Positions 29,422 to 41,094 of a DNA stretch of 64,000 nt are shown here, piece by piece. The position numbers and the translations under genes are program-made. A model generated the notes under the pieces. It did not search any database. It saw nothing but the letters and a program-made list of their open reading frames with translations, and was not told the origin of the DNA. The number at the start of each line of letters is the position of its first letter. Position 1 is the first letter of the stretch. Origin of the DNA: Nitrospirota bacterium (GTDB taxonomy: Bacteria > Nitrospirota > UBA9217); NCBI GenBank assembly GCA_963754875.1, contig CAVWHO010000016.1, positions 584,586 to 648,585 on the forward strand. The letters run 5' to 3'.

Positions 29422-29495
29422 GGTAAAAAAGTATCATTATTGGCCAAGCGTGTCAAGGAGGAAAGGGACGGGAAATGCGCGGCCTGTTGATCAGT

Positions 29496-30284
29496 TCATC
29501 GCCCCGTTTTTTCATGGAGCCACCGTACGAGGACCGGTACCATTTTTCTTGGGGCAGTTCTCACGCTGAACGCAAGAATTTTATTCAAGACTCCATGGAC
29601 AGCCACGGTCCTGCCTTTCTGCATGGCTTCGTACCCATAACGTGCAACAGCCGCGGCCGAGGCGGGTTTCGTAAGGGTAAAGAGATTCGTGCGTTCCATT
29701 CGCGCAGCGGTCGCAAAACCGGTGTCCGTGGGACCGGGGCAGAGCGCGGTGACCGTGACGCCGGTGCCCTTCAGTTCGTTCGCAACAGCTTCCGAGAAGG
29801 ATAACACATAGGCCTTCGACGCATAATAGACCGCCATAAAAGGCCCGGGCTGAAACGCGGCCGTAGACGCCACATTAACGATCCTCCCGCTCCTTCGCTC
29901 GACCATGCCCTGCACAAAAAGTTTTGTCATCCGGGTCAGCGCGGTGATGTTGACCGCGATCATCTTTTCCTCTTTCGGCCAGTCTGTCTCGCTGAACGCG
30001 CCGTGGTCGCCGAACCCTGCGTTGTTGATCAGGATGTCTGGGCTGATATTCTTGCTCTTGAGCTCGCCATAAATTTCTTCCGCTGCACCCGATTTCGAAA
30101 GGTCCTTTTCGATGATGAGGACCGAGACCGGGGCTGCTGTTTCGAGTTCCTTTTTGACTTCAGCAAGCCTATCCCTGTTCCGCGCCACAAGCAAGAGCAT
30201 GCTGCAGTCCTGTGCGAGGAGCTTCGCAAATTCATAGCCTATGCCGCCCGAAGCGCCGGTGATTAACGCTGTTTGGTTTTTCAT
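29496..30284 (-). CDS. Short-chain dehydrogenase/reductase
   Basis: TGASGGIG, NNAGFG, YYASK. Confidence 0.9.
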   Translation of the reverse strand: MKNQTALITGASGGIGYEFAKLLAQDCSMLLLVARNRDRLAEVKKELETAAPVSVLIIEKDLSKSGAAEEIYGELKSKNISPDILINNAGFGDHGAFSETDWPKEEKMIAVNITALTRMTKLFVQGMVERRSGRIVNVASTAAFQPGPFMAVYYASKAYVLSFSEAVANELKGTGVTVTALCPGPTDTGFATAARMERTNLFTLTKPASAAAVARYGYEAMQKGRTVAVHGVLNKILAFSVRTAPRKMVPVLVRWLHEKTGR

Positions 30285-30361
30285 ATTGGGGCCCTCTTCT
30301 ATGATAGCTCCCTTGTCCTGGCTCCAGCTGAAGCGGGAGGAGCAGTTAACGCCGCTCACCC

Positions 30362-31150
30362 TTACGTCAATTCCGCCCGCAAAACGGTGACCGCCTTCCC
30401 GCTCAGGATCACCCGATCGCCAGCAACGCGTACCTGCACCTCTCCGCCCCGGCGAGACGCCTGATAGGCATGGAACGAATTGCGTTTGAGCCTCTTCTGC
30501 CAGTACGGCCCGAGACAGCAGTGTGCCGAACCGGTAACAGGATCTTCGTTGATGCCCACGGCCGGGGCAAAAAAGCGGGAAATGAAGTCATACTTCCGGG
30601 AGGGGGACTGCGCTGTCACAATCACGCCGCGCATGGGGATTGCTTTAAGCGCCGTAAAATCCGGATCGAGATTTCGAAGAACATCCTCCGACTCGATCTC
30701 GACCAGATAGTCAAAACGGTTTTTGCCAATGTAGCGGGGGGCAACATCAAGCGCTGCAATCAGCTCCGGAGGAGGCGCAATTGTTGTTTCAGACTCTGCA
30801 GGAAAATCCATCTCTATCCCGTCGTCCTTCAGGCGCGCAGTGAGCAGCCCGCTCCTGGTATGGAACCGTGCTTCCTCATCGGGTTGGAGATGCCCGGCCT
30901 CCCACAGCACATGGGCGGAAGCAAGCGTTGCATGGCCGCGGAGGTCCACTTCGGTCTCCGGTGTGAACCAGCGGAGATCATATCCATCGGGCCGCTTGAG
31001 CAAAAAAGCAGTCTCCGACAGGTTCATTTCCCGAGCCACGTTCTGCATCCATCCACCATCCCGCAGCTCTTCAAGAATGCAGACCGCTGCGGGGTTGCCG
31101 GTAAACGGCTTGTCAGTAAAAGCATCGACTTGTATGATCTGCTGGCCCAT
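30362..31150 (-). CDS. PhzF-family isomerase
   Basis: VDAFT, GNPAAV, NLSETAF, LRWFTP, EDPVTGSAHC. Confidence 0.9.
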   Translation of the reverse strand: MGQQIIQVDAFTDKPFTGNPAAVCILEELRDGGWMQNVAREMNLSETAFLLKRPDGYDLRWFTPETEVDLRGHATLASAHVLWEAGHLQPDEEARFHTRSGLLTARLKDDGIEMDFPAESETTIAPPPELIAALDVAPRYIGKNRFDYLVEIESEDVLRNLDPDFTALKAIPMRGVIVTAQSPSRKYDFISRFFAPAVGINEDPVTGSAHCCLGPYWQKRLKRNSFHAYQASRRGGEVQVRVAGDRVILSGKAVTVLRAELT

Positions 31151-31222
31151 GGATCAAGTATACCAGAAGCAAGACGTCGGGAAATCCGTGGGGTCCGTGC
31201 CGGTCAGGAGAATGGCCAAAAC

Positions 31223-32593
31223 TCAGAAGATCTTTCGAAGCCATTTGAGATGGTTCTTGTAGGGAGGATACCGCAAAGGGATGTCGAACAGAAATCCGCT
31301 TTTGATGATGCCTCTCTCATGCGAGAAGGCGTCGAAGCTGGCTTTGCCGTGGTACTTTCCGATCCCGCTCGGCCCTGCGCCGCCGAAGGGAAGGCAGGTG
31401 GTCTCATGGATGACCGTATCGTTGATGCACCCGCCGCCTGCCGCTGTTTCCCTCAGCACGCGGTCCTGAAGGCCCTTGTCCCGTGAGAAGAAATACAGTG
31501 CCAACGGCTTCGGCAGTTTGTTGACGAAGGCGATGGCCTGAGACAGTTCATCATACTCGATCACCGGCAGGAGGGGTCCGAAAATTTCCTCTTGCATGAT
31601 GGGCTCGTGTCCCACAATCCCGTCGATGATCGTAGGTGCGATGTATCGTGAAGCACGTTCAGTCCTGCCGCCGGTTATGATCGTTCCCTTCCCGAGAAGA
31701 CCCGCGAGCCGCGTGAAATGCCCATCATCGATGATCCGGCCGAAGTCCGGGCTCTGCGAGGGATCGCTGCCGTAGAACTGGTGAATGCAGTTCTTCATTC
31801 GGTCGAGCAGCTCCTGCTTGACGCGTTTCTGCACCAGGAGATAATCCACGGCCACGCAGCTCTGACCTGCATTGAAGAATTTCCCCCACACGATCCGCCG
31901 CGCAGTATAATCCAGGTGGGTGTCCGCGTCAACGATGCAGGGGTTCTTTCCGCCAAGCTCGAGCGTGATCGGCGTAAGGTGTTTGGCCGCAGCGGCCATC
32001 ACCAGACGCCCGACAGCTGGGCCGCCGGTAAAAAAAATATGGTCAAACCGCTCCTCGAGCAGCATCTGGGCGGTTTCCGCACCGCCTTCTACGATGGATA
32101 CATGGGCGGGATCGAAAATTTTTCCCAGGATGTTCGTCAGAAGATGAGAGGTCCGGGGAGCTGCAATCGAGGGCTTGAGCAAGGCGCAGTTGCCCGCAGC
32201 GATGGCGCCGACGAGCGGTGCGAGCATTAACTGGACGGGAAAGTTCCACGGCCCGATGATGAGCGTCACTCCATAGGGTTCGGAGTGACGGTAGCTTTTG
32301 CTCGGGAAATACGCGAGCGGCGTCCGGACTTTTTTCGGTTTTGCCCAGCGCGCGAGATGCTTCAGCGTATAATCGATCTCATTGATGACGATTTCCGTAT
32401 CGCCGCCATAGGCTTCGAAAGCGGGCTTGTTCAAGTCGGCCTTGAGGGCACCAAAAATCGTCTGCTCGTTATCAACGATTGCTTTTCGTAATATCCGAAG
32501 CTTCTCGATGCGGAAGGACAGGTCTCTCGTCTTGCCCGCGGCGAAGTACGTGCGAAGGTTGTTTACCAGTTTCATGAGTTGAGGTTTGTCCAT
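31223..32593 (-). CDS. Aldehyde dehydrogenase (class 3-like)
   Basis: GPWNFP, FFTGG, LELGGKNP, NAGQSCV, EEIFGP, PFGG. Confidence 0.92.
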   Translation of the reverse strand: MDKPQLMKLVNNLRTYFAAGKTRDLSFRIEKLRILRKAIVDNEQTIFGALKADLNKPAFEAYGGDTEIVINEIDYTLKHLARWAKPKKVRTPLAYFPSKSYRHSEPYGVTLIIGPWNFPVQLMLAPLVGAIAAGNCALLKPSIAAPRTSHLLTNILGKIFDPAHVSIVEGGAETAQMLLEERFDHIFFTGGPAVGRLVMAAAAKHLTPITLELGGKNPCIVDADTHLDYTARRIVWGKFFNAGQSCVAVDYLLVQKRVKQELLDRMKNCIHQFYGSDPSQSPDFGRIIDDGHFTRLAGLLGKGTIITGGRTERASRYIAPTIIDGIVGHEPIMQEEIFGPLLPVIEYDELSQAIAFVNKLPKPLALYFFSRDKGLQDRVLRETAAGGGCINDTVIHETTCLPFGGAGPSGIGKYHGKASFDAFSHERGIIKSGFLFDIPLRYPPYKNHLKWLRKIF

Positions 32594-32609
32594 GATCAGG
32601 CCCTTTTGG

Positions 32610-34118
32610 TTACCGCGTTGTCGTAAACTTCTTCTTCTCTTTTTTGCAAATGATCTGGATCACGTTCCGCCCGGACATGGCCACGGCCGGCAAACCGCCG
32701 CCGGGCTCGACCCACTGGCCTGCCATAAAGAAATTATCCAGCCCCGGCAACGTTTTTTTCATCAGCTTGCCGAAACTCCACGTCTCGGGCGTCACCTGCC
32801 AGCCTTCGTAGCTCCCTTTCCAGTTATTGGTATAACGTACGAACGTTGTCGGAGAAGCCACGTCGCGCATCTCCACTTGAGAAGCGAACCCGGGGAACCG
32901 TTTGTCGAGAATGGTGATCAGGGTATCGGCGATCTTCTCCTTCTGCGCCTTATATTGTTCGTCGTCCTCGCGGAGCTTTTTCCAATATCCATAGTCCGTC
33001 TTGAGCATCACTGTCACAAGCGTTTTGCCCTCAGGCGCAAGAGTGGGATCGTAGTTGTAGAACCGCACGCCGATATGAGTATGTTCCCGATCACCGATCC
33101 TGATCGGCTCCTGGAGCCTGATGGCAACTCCGCCGACGGAAGGACGGATATCGTTGAACAATCGATTCACTCCGAACGCCACGTACACGAGCGGCGGGAA
33201 GGGCAGGAGTTTCTCGTAGTAGCCTTTGATCGTCTCGTCCAGAAACTTTCCTTCGAGCATGTCGAAGATCGTGGCATGGCCGTCGGCAGCTGAGATCACG
33301 TAGTCCGCGCGGTGTTCGGTTCCGTCCTCCAGCCTGATGCCCACGGCGCGTCCCTTCTCGGTCAGGATCCTGGCGACCTTTGCTTTATAATTCATCTCGC
33401 CGCCGAGCGAGAGATAGCGTTTCTCGATGCCCCGGCTGAATTCGAGCGACCCGCCCACCGGATACCCGGCGGCCTTCTTGTGCATCCAGGCGAACGTCAT
33501 GAGCATGAAGGAAACAGGAAAGTCGGGCGCAAAGAACATCGGGAAGGCCTCGCGCAGGAGGGGACTTTTAAACCGGGCGGCATAGGCACGGAGGGAGATC
33601 CTGTTCCATTTCCACAGCATGCGCAAAAGCGAAAATCGCGTGACGATGATCTTGACCATATCGAAGAAGCCGGATACCTCCGGCGCTTTTTCGATCGGCG
33701 GTTCAAAGCGCGTGCATTTGCGCGCGGCAAAGATGAATTCATCGATAATGGCCGCGTCTTCCGGCGCGGTCTCCTTCAGGTGTTTCTCCAGGCGGTCCAG
33801 GTCGGTGTACACGATAAGTTGTTTCCCGTCAGGACCTTCCACGCGGCCGTATTCCTCATGGTTGATGATGGTCTTTCCCTCAAGCGCGCCGAGTTCCTGC
33901 CAGATGGTGTAAAATTTCGAATTCGGGCCAGACCCCACGAGCCAATGGATGCAGCCGTCCACCGTGTACCCTTGCCGCTTCCAGGAAGTGCAGAGCCCCC
34001 CTGGTTTTTTCTTATGCATCTCGAAGATACGCGTGCGGAACCCGTTCATCTGGCCGTAAGATCCGGCCGAAAGCCCGGCGATCCCGCCGCCGATAATGAT
34101 GATAGATTTGTCTGACAT
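32610..34118 (-). CDS. FAD-dependent oxidoreductase, phytoene dehydrogenase-like
   Basis: IIGGGIAGL, GGLCTSW, SPTTFVRYTNNWKGS, AGQWVEPGGGLP. Confidence 0.85.
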   Translation of the reverse strand: MSDKSIIIIGGGIAGLSAGSYGQMNGFRTRIFEMHKKKPGGLCTSWKRQGYTVDGCIHWLVGSGPNSKFYTIWQELGALEGKTIINHEEYGRVEGPDGKQLIVYTDLDRLEKHLKETAPEDAAIIDEFIFAARKCTRFEPPIEKAPEVSGFFDMVKIIVTRFSLLRMLWKWNRISLRAYAARFKSPLLREAFPMFFAPDFPVSFMLMTFAWMHKKAAGYPVGGSLEFSRGIEKRYLSLGGEMNYKAKVARILTEKGRAVGIRLEDGTEHRADYVISAADGHATIFDMLEGKFLDETIKGYYEKLLPFPPLVYVAFGVNRLFNDIRPSVGGVAIRLQEPIRIGDREHTHIGVRFYNYDPTLAPEGKTLVTVMLKTDYGYWKKLREDDEQYKAQKEKIADTLITILDKRFPGFASQVEMRDVASPTTFVRYTNNWKGSYEGWQVTPETWSFGKLMKKTLPGLDNFFMAGQWVEPGGGLPAVAMSGRNVIQIICKKEKKKFTTTR

Positions 34119-34213
34119 GAAAACCTCCACCAGGTACGGGCAGGGGCCAAGCGGTCACGAGACCGGACCGGCTGCGCGCCCCTTGCTGCTCGTTCTGTCC
34201 TTTTTTTCTGCAA

Positions 34214-35273
34214 TCACACCTTGTCCAGCTTCTTCAGAAACCCGTACATATCGAAGCCGGCGTTGATCAGTTCCTTCGCCCGCTCGACCTTCCGCTTCTC
34301 GCGGATGCTCGTCTTGCCCATGCGGAACTCGATCTTGTCGATGGCGGAGAACGTGTCGCTCGGCACGGACAGGATGGGGATGCCGCGCGCCCGCGCCTTG
34401 CCGAGCACCACCTCGTTGGTCTGGAACCCGCCGGTGAGAATAATGCACTTCGTCGAAGTTTCGAGCGCCGCAAGCTGGATGTCGGATCGGTGGGCGCCGG
34501 TGATCACGGCTTTGTTCGGCATCCTGCGGAAATAGTTGAGGGCGCTGTCCACGTCCATGGCGCCGATCAGGAAGTTTTCGACGAACTCGCCGAGCTTGTC
34601 TTCGCAGCAGAGCACCTTTCCGTTCAGGATCTCGTTCAGCTGTCCCACGGTCACGGACTCGAGAAACTTGTCCTTGGGAATGACGCCGTAAAGGGAGATG
34701 CCTTTTTTTTCGAGGAACGGCTTGACCGTGTTTTTTGCGAACTCCATCGTTGCCTCCGGCACTTTGTTGATCACGCCGCCGACATAGCGCTTGCCGAGGA
34801 TCGCCCGCGCTCCGAAGAGCGAGTCCGCAGAAATATCTCCCCGCCAGGGCTCGACCAGAAGCACCTTCGCTTTTACCTCCTCGGCAAGCGACACGGCATC
34901 GATGCCGAGGAGCGATCCTTCGATGAGGTCGCTTGCGCCGCAGATGATGATGAAGTCTTTTTTCTTGAACGATTTATAGGCTGCAAGGACCCGCTTCTTT
35001 GCATCGACGGTCTTTCCCTGGAAGAGCAGCGTCTGCTCCTCGTAGCTCATGACAAAGGGCGAGATCACATCAGCGGCTCGTCGAGGCCGAGCGTTTCCTT
35101 GATGAACGGAGCATCGGCATCGTAGACGTCCTTGCCGCCTTCACCGGCACGGTCCCGAAGGGTTTCATCATGCCGACCTTGTAGCCCATGTCCATGAGCT
35201 TCAGGGCAAGGCCGAGGGAGATAAATGTCCGGCCGGCGTAACCGATGTTGGATGCTACCAGGATGGGAACCAT
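34214..35273 (-). CDS. BioD-like/DRTGG phosphotransacetylase N-terminal-domain protein (frameshifted ~35070-35140)
   Basis: YAGRTFISLG, MKPFG, IGAMD, ITGAHRSDIQLAALE, IILTGG. Confidence 0.8.
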
Positions 35274-35382
35274 GAGAACCTCCTTGGACGAATTATGAGC
35301 GGTAACTGAAGGGACATTCTGAAGCTCATGTCCCGAGCGTTTGACTTATTCTGCATTCCAAAATCTGCATACCCCATTCTAT

Positions 35383-37487
35383 TCACTTCTTCCCCTCCGG
35401 CTGCTTGAAGATAATCCTCGCATCGAGCGCCACGGCGCCCTTTTCCATCACCATGAGCGGATTGACATCCAGCTCCTGGATCTCCGGGAAGTCGGACACG
35501 AGGCATGAAAGGTTCACGATGTAACTTGCGATGGAGCCGATGTCCGCAGGCGGCTCGCCGCGCGCGCCGCGCAGGAGCCCGATGGTCTTGATCTCGTTGA
35601 TCATGGCAAGGGCGTCCCGCCGCGCGACCGGCACGATCCTGAAGGCCACGTCCTTCAGTACTTCGACGTAGATGCCGCCGAGGCCGAACATGATCATGTG
35701 GCCGAAGGTGCGGTCATACGTCACGCCGAGGATCACTTCCTTGCCGCCTTTGAGCATCTCGAAGATCATGACGCCCTTGATGAAGGCATCGGGCATGATG
35801 CGCCGCGCATTCGACGTAATGTCCAGGAACGCGTCTTCGGCCTCTTTCGGCGATTTCACGTTCACGCGCACGCCGCCCACGTCGGTCTTGTGCAGGATGT
35901 CGGGGGACGAGATCTTCATCACCACCGGGAAAGCCGATCGAGGAAGCCATCTCAGCGGCCTCCTTCGAGGTCTGGCCATCGCATGCTTCGGGAACTGGAA
36001 CCCGTAGTACGTCAGGATCTGCATGGCCTCGTCTTCGCCCACCTGGTAGATGCCTTTTTTGAGAATGGCGGCGACGGTCTCCGCCGCAGCGTCGAAGTTG
36101 TACCAGCAGGTCACCAGCTCTTCGGGTTTCGATGTTCTTCCACGCCCGCTGGTCCGACAGGCGCTTGAAGGCCTTGACCGCGAGCTCGGGATAGGAAAAG
36201 TTCGGGATCGATGCGGCCTTGAGCATCTCGATGCCCGCGCGCACGCGCTTTTCGCCCATGAAGGACGTGATGATCGGCTTGTCCGTGGTCTTTGCCGTTT
36301 TAATGACCGCGTCGGCGGTCTTCTCCATGTCCGTCATGGCCTGGGGCGTGAGGATCACGAGGATGCCGTCCACGTTCGGGTCTTTGGCCGCCTGCTCGAG
36401 CACGGCGGCGTAGCGCTCCGAGGTCGCGTCGCCGATCACGTCCACGGGATTGAAGATCGAGGCATTCGGAGGAAGCTTCGGCGCCATGGCCATCAAACTC
36501 TCTTTGGTCATGTGCGGCAGTTCTATGCCCATCCTCTCGGCCGTGTCTGCGGCGATGATGCCCGGGCCGCCGGCGTTCGTGATCACGAGCAGGCCGTTCC
36601 CTGCCGGGATCTTGCCCTCGGAAAAAGCGAGCGCCGTGTCGAACAGGTCCTGCACGCCCTGTGCCCGCATCACGCCGGTCTGCTTGAAGGCCGCGTCAAA
36701 GGCAACGTCCGAACCCGCCAGCGCGCCGGTGTGGGACGAGGCCGCACGCGCGCCGGCTTCGGTGCCGCCGGACTTGAGCAGGATGATGGGCTTGACCTTC
36801 GTGGCTTTTTGCGCCATCGTCCATGAAGCGCTTGCCGTCCACCACGTCCTCGATGTAGCCGAGGATGAGGCTCGTCTCAGGATCGTTCATGAAATATTCG
36901 ATAAAGTCGATCTCCGAGAGGTCCGCCTTGTTCCCGAGGCTGATGAACTTCGAGAACCCCACGTCGTTCCCGATGGCCCAGTCCATGATCGCGATGCCCA
37001 TGGCGCCGGACTGGGAAAAGAAGCCGATCGTGCCTTTCGGCAGCATGTCCGCGGCAAAGGTGGCGTTCATGTCCTTGGCGGTGTTGATCAGGCCGAGGCA
37101 GTTCGGCCCCAGGATGCGGATGTGCTGTTCTCTGCTGATCGCTTTGAGTTCTTCTTCGAGGAGCGTGCCGCCCGCGCCCGCTTCCTTGAATCCCGCGCTG
37201 ATGACGATGGCGGACTTGACACCGCAGGCCGCGCACTCCCGGAGCGAGGCGGGAACGAACTTGGCGGGGATGACGATGATCGCAAGATCGACGTGGTGTT
37301 TGATGTCCGATATTTTTGCGTAGGCCTGGAGTCCCAGGATCTCTCCGCAGGACGGATTGACGGGAAAGAGCGAACCCTTGAACTTGAAGGTCAGGAGATT
37401 ATTCAGGACCGCATGTCCGACTTTTTTTGGATCAGCGGACGCGCCGATGACGGCAATGGCGCCCGGGTTGAACAAGGATTCGAGCAT
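35383..37487 (-). CDS. ADP-forming acetate-CoA ligase (alpha-beta fused), several indels
   Basis: IAVIGAS, ILGPNCLG, SQSGA, SLGNKAD, ASSHTGALAG, TNAGGPG, HKTDVGGV, ELDVNPL across three frames. Confidence 0.85.
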
Positions 37488-37715
37488 GATACTTGTAAGT
37501 GTAATGGAGAATCAATGAGTGGTCAAGGGCGGTAAGACGGAATAATTTTTTCTCGCGGCCAAGTAGAAGCCTGAAGCGGCATGCGTTCGGGAAAATTCGG
37601 CACTTTCGGTGCGGGGCGTGGGATCAAGGCAGGCGTGGTAGCGGGACAGGACGGATCGCGGTCAGCGCAAAGAAACGGTCTGCGATCCGAGACCGTCCGG
37701 TGACCGATAATCCTT

Positions 37716-38083
37716 TTAGTTCGTGACCAGCCAGTCCTTGGCTTCGTTTATGTTATCAAACATGTGGATCTTTCGCTTCGAAAACATCATGACCGCTTCG
37801 AAGATGATCTTTTTGATCCCGCTGACCCCGATGATGGCACCTGCCTTCACGAAGGGCTTGTTATGGGCGGTGAACTCCTTCATGCGGTCGGTCACGTCTT
37901 CATTGAAACCGGGCGTTGGTCACGTCCGTGAGCGTAAGCACCGAACCCTCGGGCTGCGCCCCGATGACCGTACTTTGCCTCGTCAATGGTAGTGAGGACG
38001 TCGTTCGTACTGCAGTCGACAAAATTCAGGAAGAGAATGTCTTTTCCTCCATGTTTGATAAACTTGACTCGTTCTGAAGCCAT
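37716..38083 (-). CDS. STAS/SEC14 (SpoIIAA-like) small protein, frameshifted
   Basis: Stitched across frames: RVKFIKHGGKDILFLNF...LTLTDVTN...HNKPFVKAGAIIGVSGIKKII...FDNINEAKDWLVTN*. Confidence 0.6.
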
Positions 38084-38334
38084 ATGTGCCCTCCTTGCAC
38101 GTCGTCTGTGTCCCTGCGATGAAATCGGCAGCAAATGTTATCGCTGCAGGCCAACCCGGCTCGACGACGGTACCGTTTTTTTTTGTTCATGCTACAGAAT
38201 CAGGGCGATCCTGTCAAGCCTTTCGATGGGGTATTTTTAGGGTATGCCGCATTTTAACAGTCTGTCGGGCAAAAACAGTATCTCTCTCAGATTATGAAAC
38301 CGGATTTTTGCTATACTTTCCACGAGGAGCCATC

Positions 38335-40231
38335 GTGGCCGACGAAAACGTACTCAAAAAAATCGGAGACTTCAAAGCGCTCTATCCGGAAAAATTCCCC
38401 GCAATCGGAACGGATCTTCAGCGCCATTCATCCCGGAAACCGGATCTTTATCGGCACCGGCTGCGGAGAGCCGCAATGCCTCGTGAAGGAGCTGATCAAC
38501 TATGTCCGTTCCCATCCCAAGGCCTTCTTCGACGCGGAGCTGCTCCAGGTCTGGACCCTGGGCGTCGCGCCGTACGCCGACGAGAAGTTCAAGGACAACT
38601 TCCGGCACAACTCCTTTTTCATCGGCAACAATACGCGCGAGGCCGTGAACCAGGGCCTGGCCGATTATACGCCGGTCTTTCTCTCCCAGGTTCCCAGTCT
38701 GTTCAGGAATAAACTCGTGCCCGTGGACGTGGCGCTGATCCAGACATCGCTCCCCGACGAACACGGGTTCATGAGTCTCGGCATCAGCGTGGACATCGTA
38801 AAAGCCGCCGCTGAGAATGCGGCGCTCGTCATAGCCCAGGTGAACCCCCGCATGCCCCGCGTTCTCGGCGAGACCTTCATCAACATCAAGGAAGTGGATT
38901 TCATCGTTCCCTGCGAAGAGCCGCTCCTGGAATACAGCGACACGGTCTCCGACGAGATCGGCCAGAAGATCGGCACCTACGTTGCCCGCATCGTGCAGGA
39001 CGGCGACACGATCCAGGTCGGGTACGGGAGTATCCCGAACGCGATCCTCGCGCATCTGAAGAACAGGGTGCATCTCGGCGTGCACACCGAGCTCCTGACC
39101 GACGGCATCGTCGAGCTCATGCAGGAACGTGTCATCGACAATTCGCGCAAGGAACTGAACCGGGGCAAGACTGTTGCTGCCTTCTGCATGGGTAAGCAGT
39201 CCACCTACGACTACCTGCATGACAACCCGGCTATCGAGTTTCGGCCCGTGGACTACACCAACAACCCCACGGTCCTTGCGCGTCAGAAAAACATGACCGC
39301 GATCAACAGCGCCCTGGAGATCGACCTGTCCGGCCAGGCAACGGCGGAGTCGCTGGGCAAGCTTTTTTACAGCGGCATCGGCGGCCAGGCCGACTTCATG
39401 CGAGGCGCGATTTTGTCCGAGGGCGGCAAGACTATCCTGGCACTCCAGTCCACGGCCGAAAACGGCGAGATATCGCGCATCGTCCCCTATCTCCGGGAAG
39501 GCGCGGGTGTAACGCTTTCACGCGGCGACATCCACTACGTGGTCACCGAGTTCGGCATTGCCTATCTTCACGGCAAGAACATCCGCGAACGGGCCATGGA
39601 CCTAATCTCAATCGCCCATCCGAAATTTCGTCAAAGGCTCATCGATGAAGCCAAGGAACGCGGTCTGATCTACCGCGACCAGGCCTTCATTCCCGGCGCG
39701 CAGGGCGTCTATCCGGAGGAACTCGAAGTCCACCGGACCACGAAGACCGGCCTGTCCATGCTGCTCCGGCCCGTGAAGCTTTCGGACGAACACCTCCTCA
39801 AGGACTTCTTCTATGCTTTGTCGAACGACTCGATGTACCGCCGGTTCATCTCGACGCGGACGGACATGCACCACGACCGCTTGCAGCCTTTTGTGGTCAT
39901 CGATTACACCAAGGAAATGGTGATCCTTGCCGTGCTCCCGCAGGACGAGACGGAATTGATCGTGGGGATGGCCCAGTACCTGATCGACGAGACCAGTCAT
40001 ACGGCCGAAGTTGCGTTCGTCGTTCGCGACGACTATCAGCGGAGAGGCATCGGTGCTTCGCTCCTTGCCTATATCACGTACCTTGGAAAGAAGAAGGGCC
40101 TCCTCGGTTTCACCGCAGCAGTATTGATGGAGAACCAGCAGATGCTTCAACTGTTCGAAAAGATGGGGTTCAACATCGACAAACGGAGCGAAGGCGGGCT
40201 CTACGAGTTGATCATGTCGTTTCGGGAGTAG
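38335..40231 (+). CDS. Acetyl-CoA hydrolase/transferase fused to a GNAT domain (frameshift ~38400)
   Basis: GTGCGEP, IQVGYGSIPNA, HTELLTD, SGIGGQADF, VVTEFG, IAHPKFR. C-terminal AEVAFVVRDDYQRRGIG. Confidence 0.88.
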
Positions 40232-40232
40232 C

Positions 40233-40704
40233 ATGAAACTATCGTGGATGTCTTTTTACACTCTCATTCTTGCCCTTTGGGTAGGCGGCATCGCGGTTTT
40301 TACTTTCATCATGACGCCCGCGATCTTCCGTTCCTTCAGCAGGGACCTGGCCGGCGAGATCGTCGGAAAACTCTTTCCCGGCTATTTCCTCTACAATTTG
40401 GTCATCGCCGCCCTCGCACTCGTCCTATTTTTCCTGGTCGCAGGTGATCAGACGAGTACGCCAGCCCGCCTTTCGCTCTTTCTTGTGACGCTTGCCCTTT
40501 TTATAAACGCCTACGTCGTGTTCAAGCTCCATCCCGATACGGTAAGGGTGAAGCAGCAGATCGTATCATTCGAACGCGAGTCACCGGACTCTCCGGCGCG
40601 GAGGCAGTTTCAGCAGGCTCCATGCCGTAAGCGCATCACTGAACTTGCTGCTTCTCGCCGATGGCATTGTTCTGCTCTTGATCAGTCCGGCGTTGAGGAA
40701 ATAG
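40233..40704 (+). CDS. DUF4149-like membrane protein (late frameshift)
   Basis: LWVGG, PAIF, AGEIVGKLF, then four hydrophobic helices. The last helix is in another frame. Confidence 0.7.
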
Positions 40705-40800
40705 GCCCCTTTTCACTGCAATGTCAGCGATAAGGGATAAATTTCGCTTGACATTTTCGCGAGAATAATAGATATTACCACTCTCCAAGTGGTTGGAACC

Positions 40801-40876
40801 GGGCGGATAGCTCAGCTGGGAGAGCACAGCCCTTACAAGGCTGGGGTCACAGGTTCGATCCCTGTTCCGCCTACCA
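40801..40876 (+). tRNA. tRNA-Val(TAC)
   Basis: Cloverleaf with anticodon arm CAGCC-CTTACAA-GGCTG, GGTTCGA T-loop and CCA end. Confidence 0.95.
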
Positions 40877-40886
40877 TTAATATCAT

Positions 40887-40972
40887 AGTTCAGAGTACAA
40901 AGTTCAGAGTACTGAGTATAAGGAAGCTGACTTTGATTTTCACTTTGAACTTTCAACTCTGCACTTTGTACT
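40887..40972. repeat. Inverted heptamer-repeat array
   Basis: AGTTCAG AGTACAA AGTTCAG AGTACTG, then ACTTTGA ACTTTCA ACTCTGC ACTTTGT. Confidence 0.6.
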
Positions 40973-40981
40973 ATTCCTTAA

Positions 40982-41035
40982 GGGGTGGTAGTTCAGCTGG
41001 TTAGAACGTCCCGACTGGTTGGGAAGGTCGCCGGT
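40982..41035 (+). pseudogene. tRNA-Asp mimic with a substituted anticodon arm
   Basis: The first 27 nt are identical to tRNA-Asp, then TCCCGACTGGTTGGGA, then AGGTCGC resumes. The T-arm and 3' end are lost. Confidence 0.8.
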
Positions 41036-41094
41036 CCAGAATACCGTCTCGAGCGTTAATTTAAGTGACGATGTAAAGTTTCTCCTCAAAAAAT

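Noticed and set aside
29496..34118. Phenazine or carotenoid biosynthetic cluster
   Set aside because: Only generic PhzF-like and CrtI-like family members are present, without phzABDEG or crtB/crtE.
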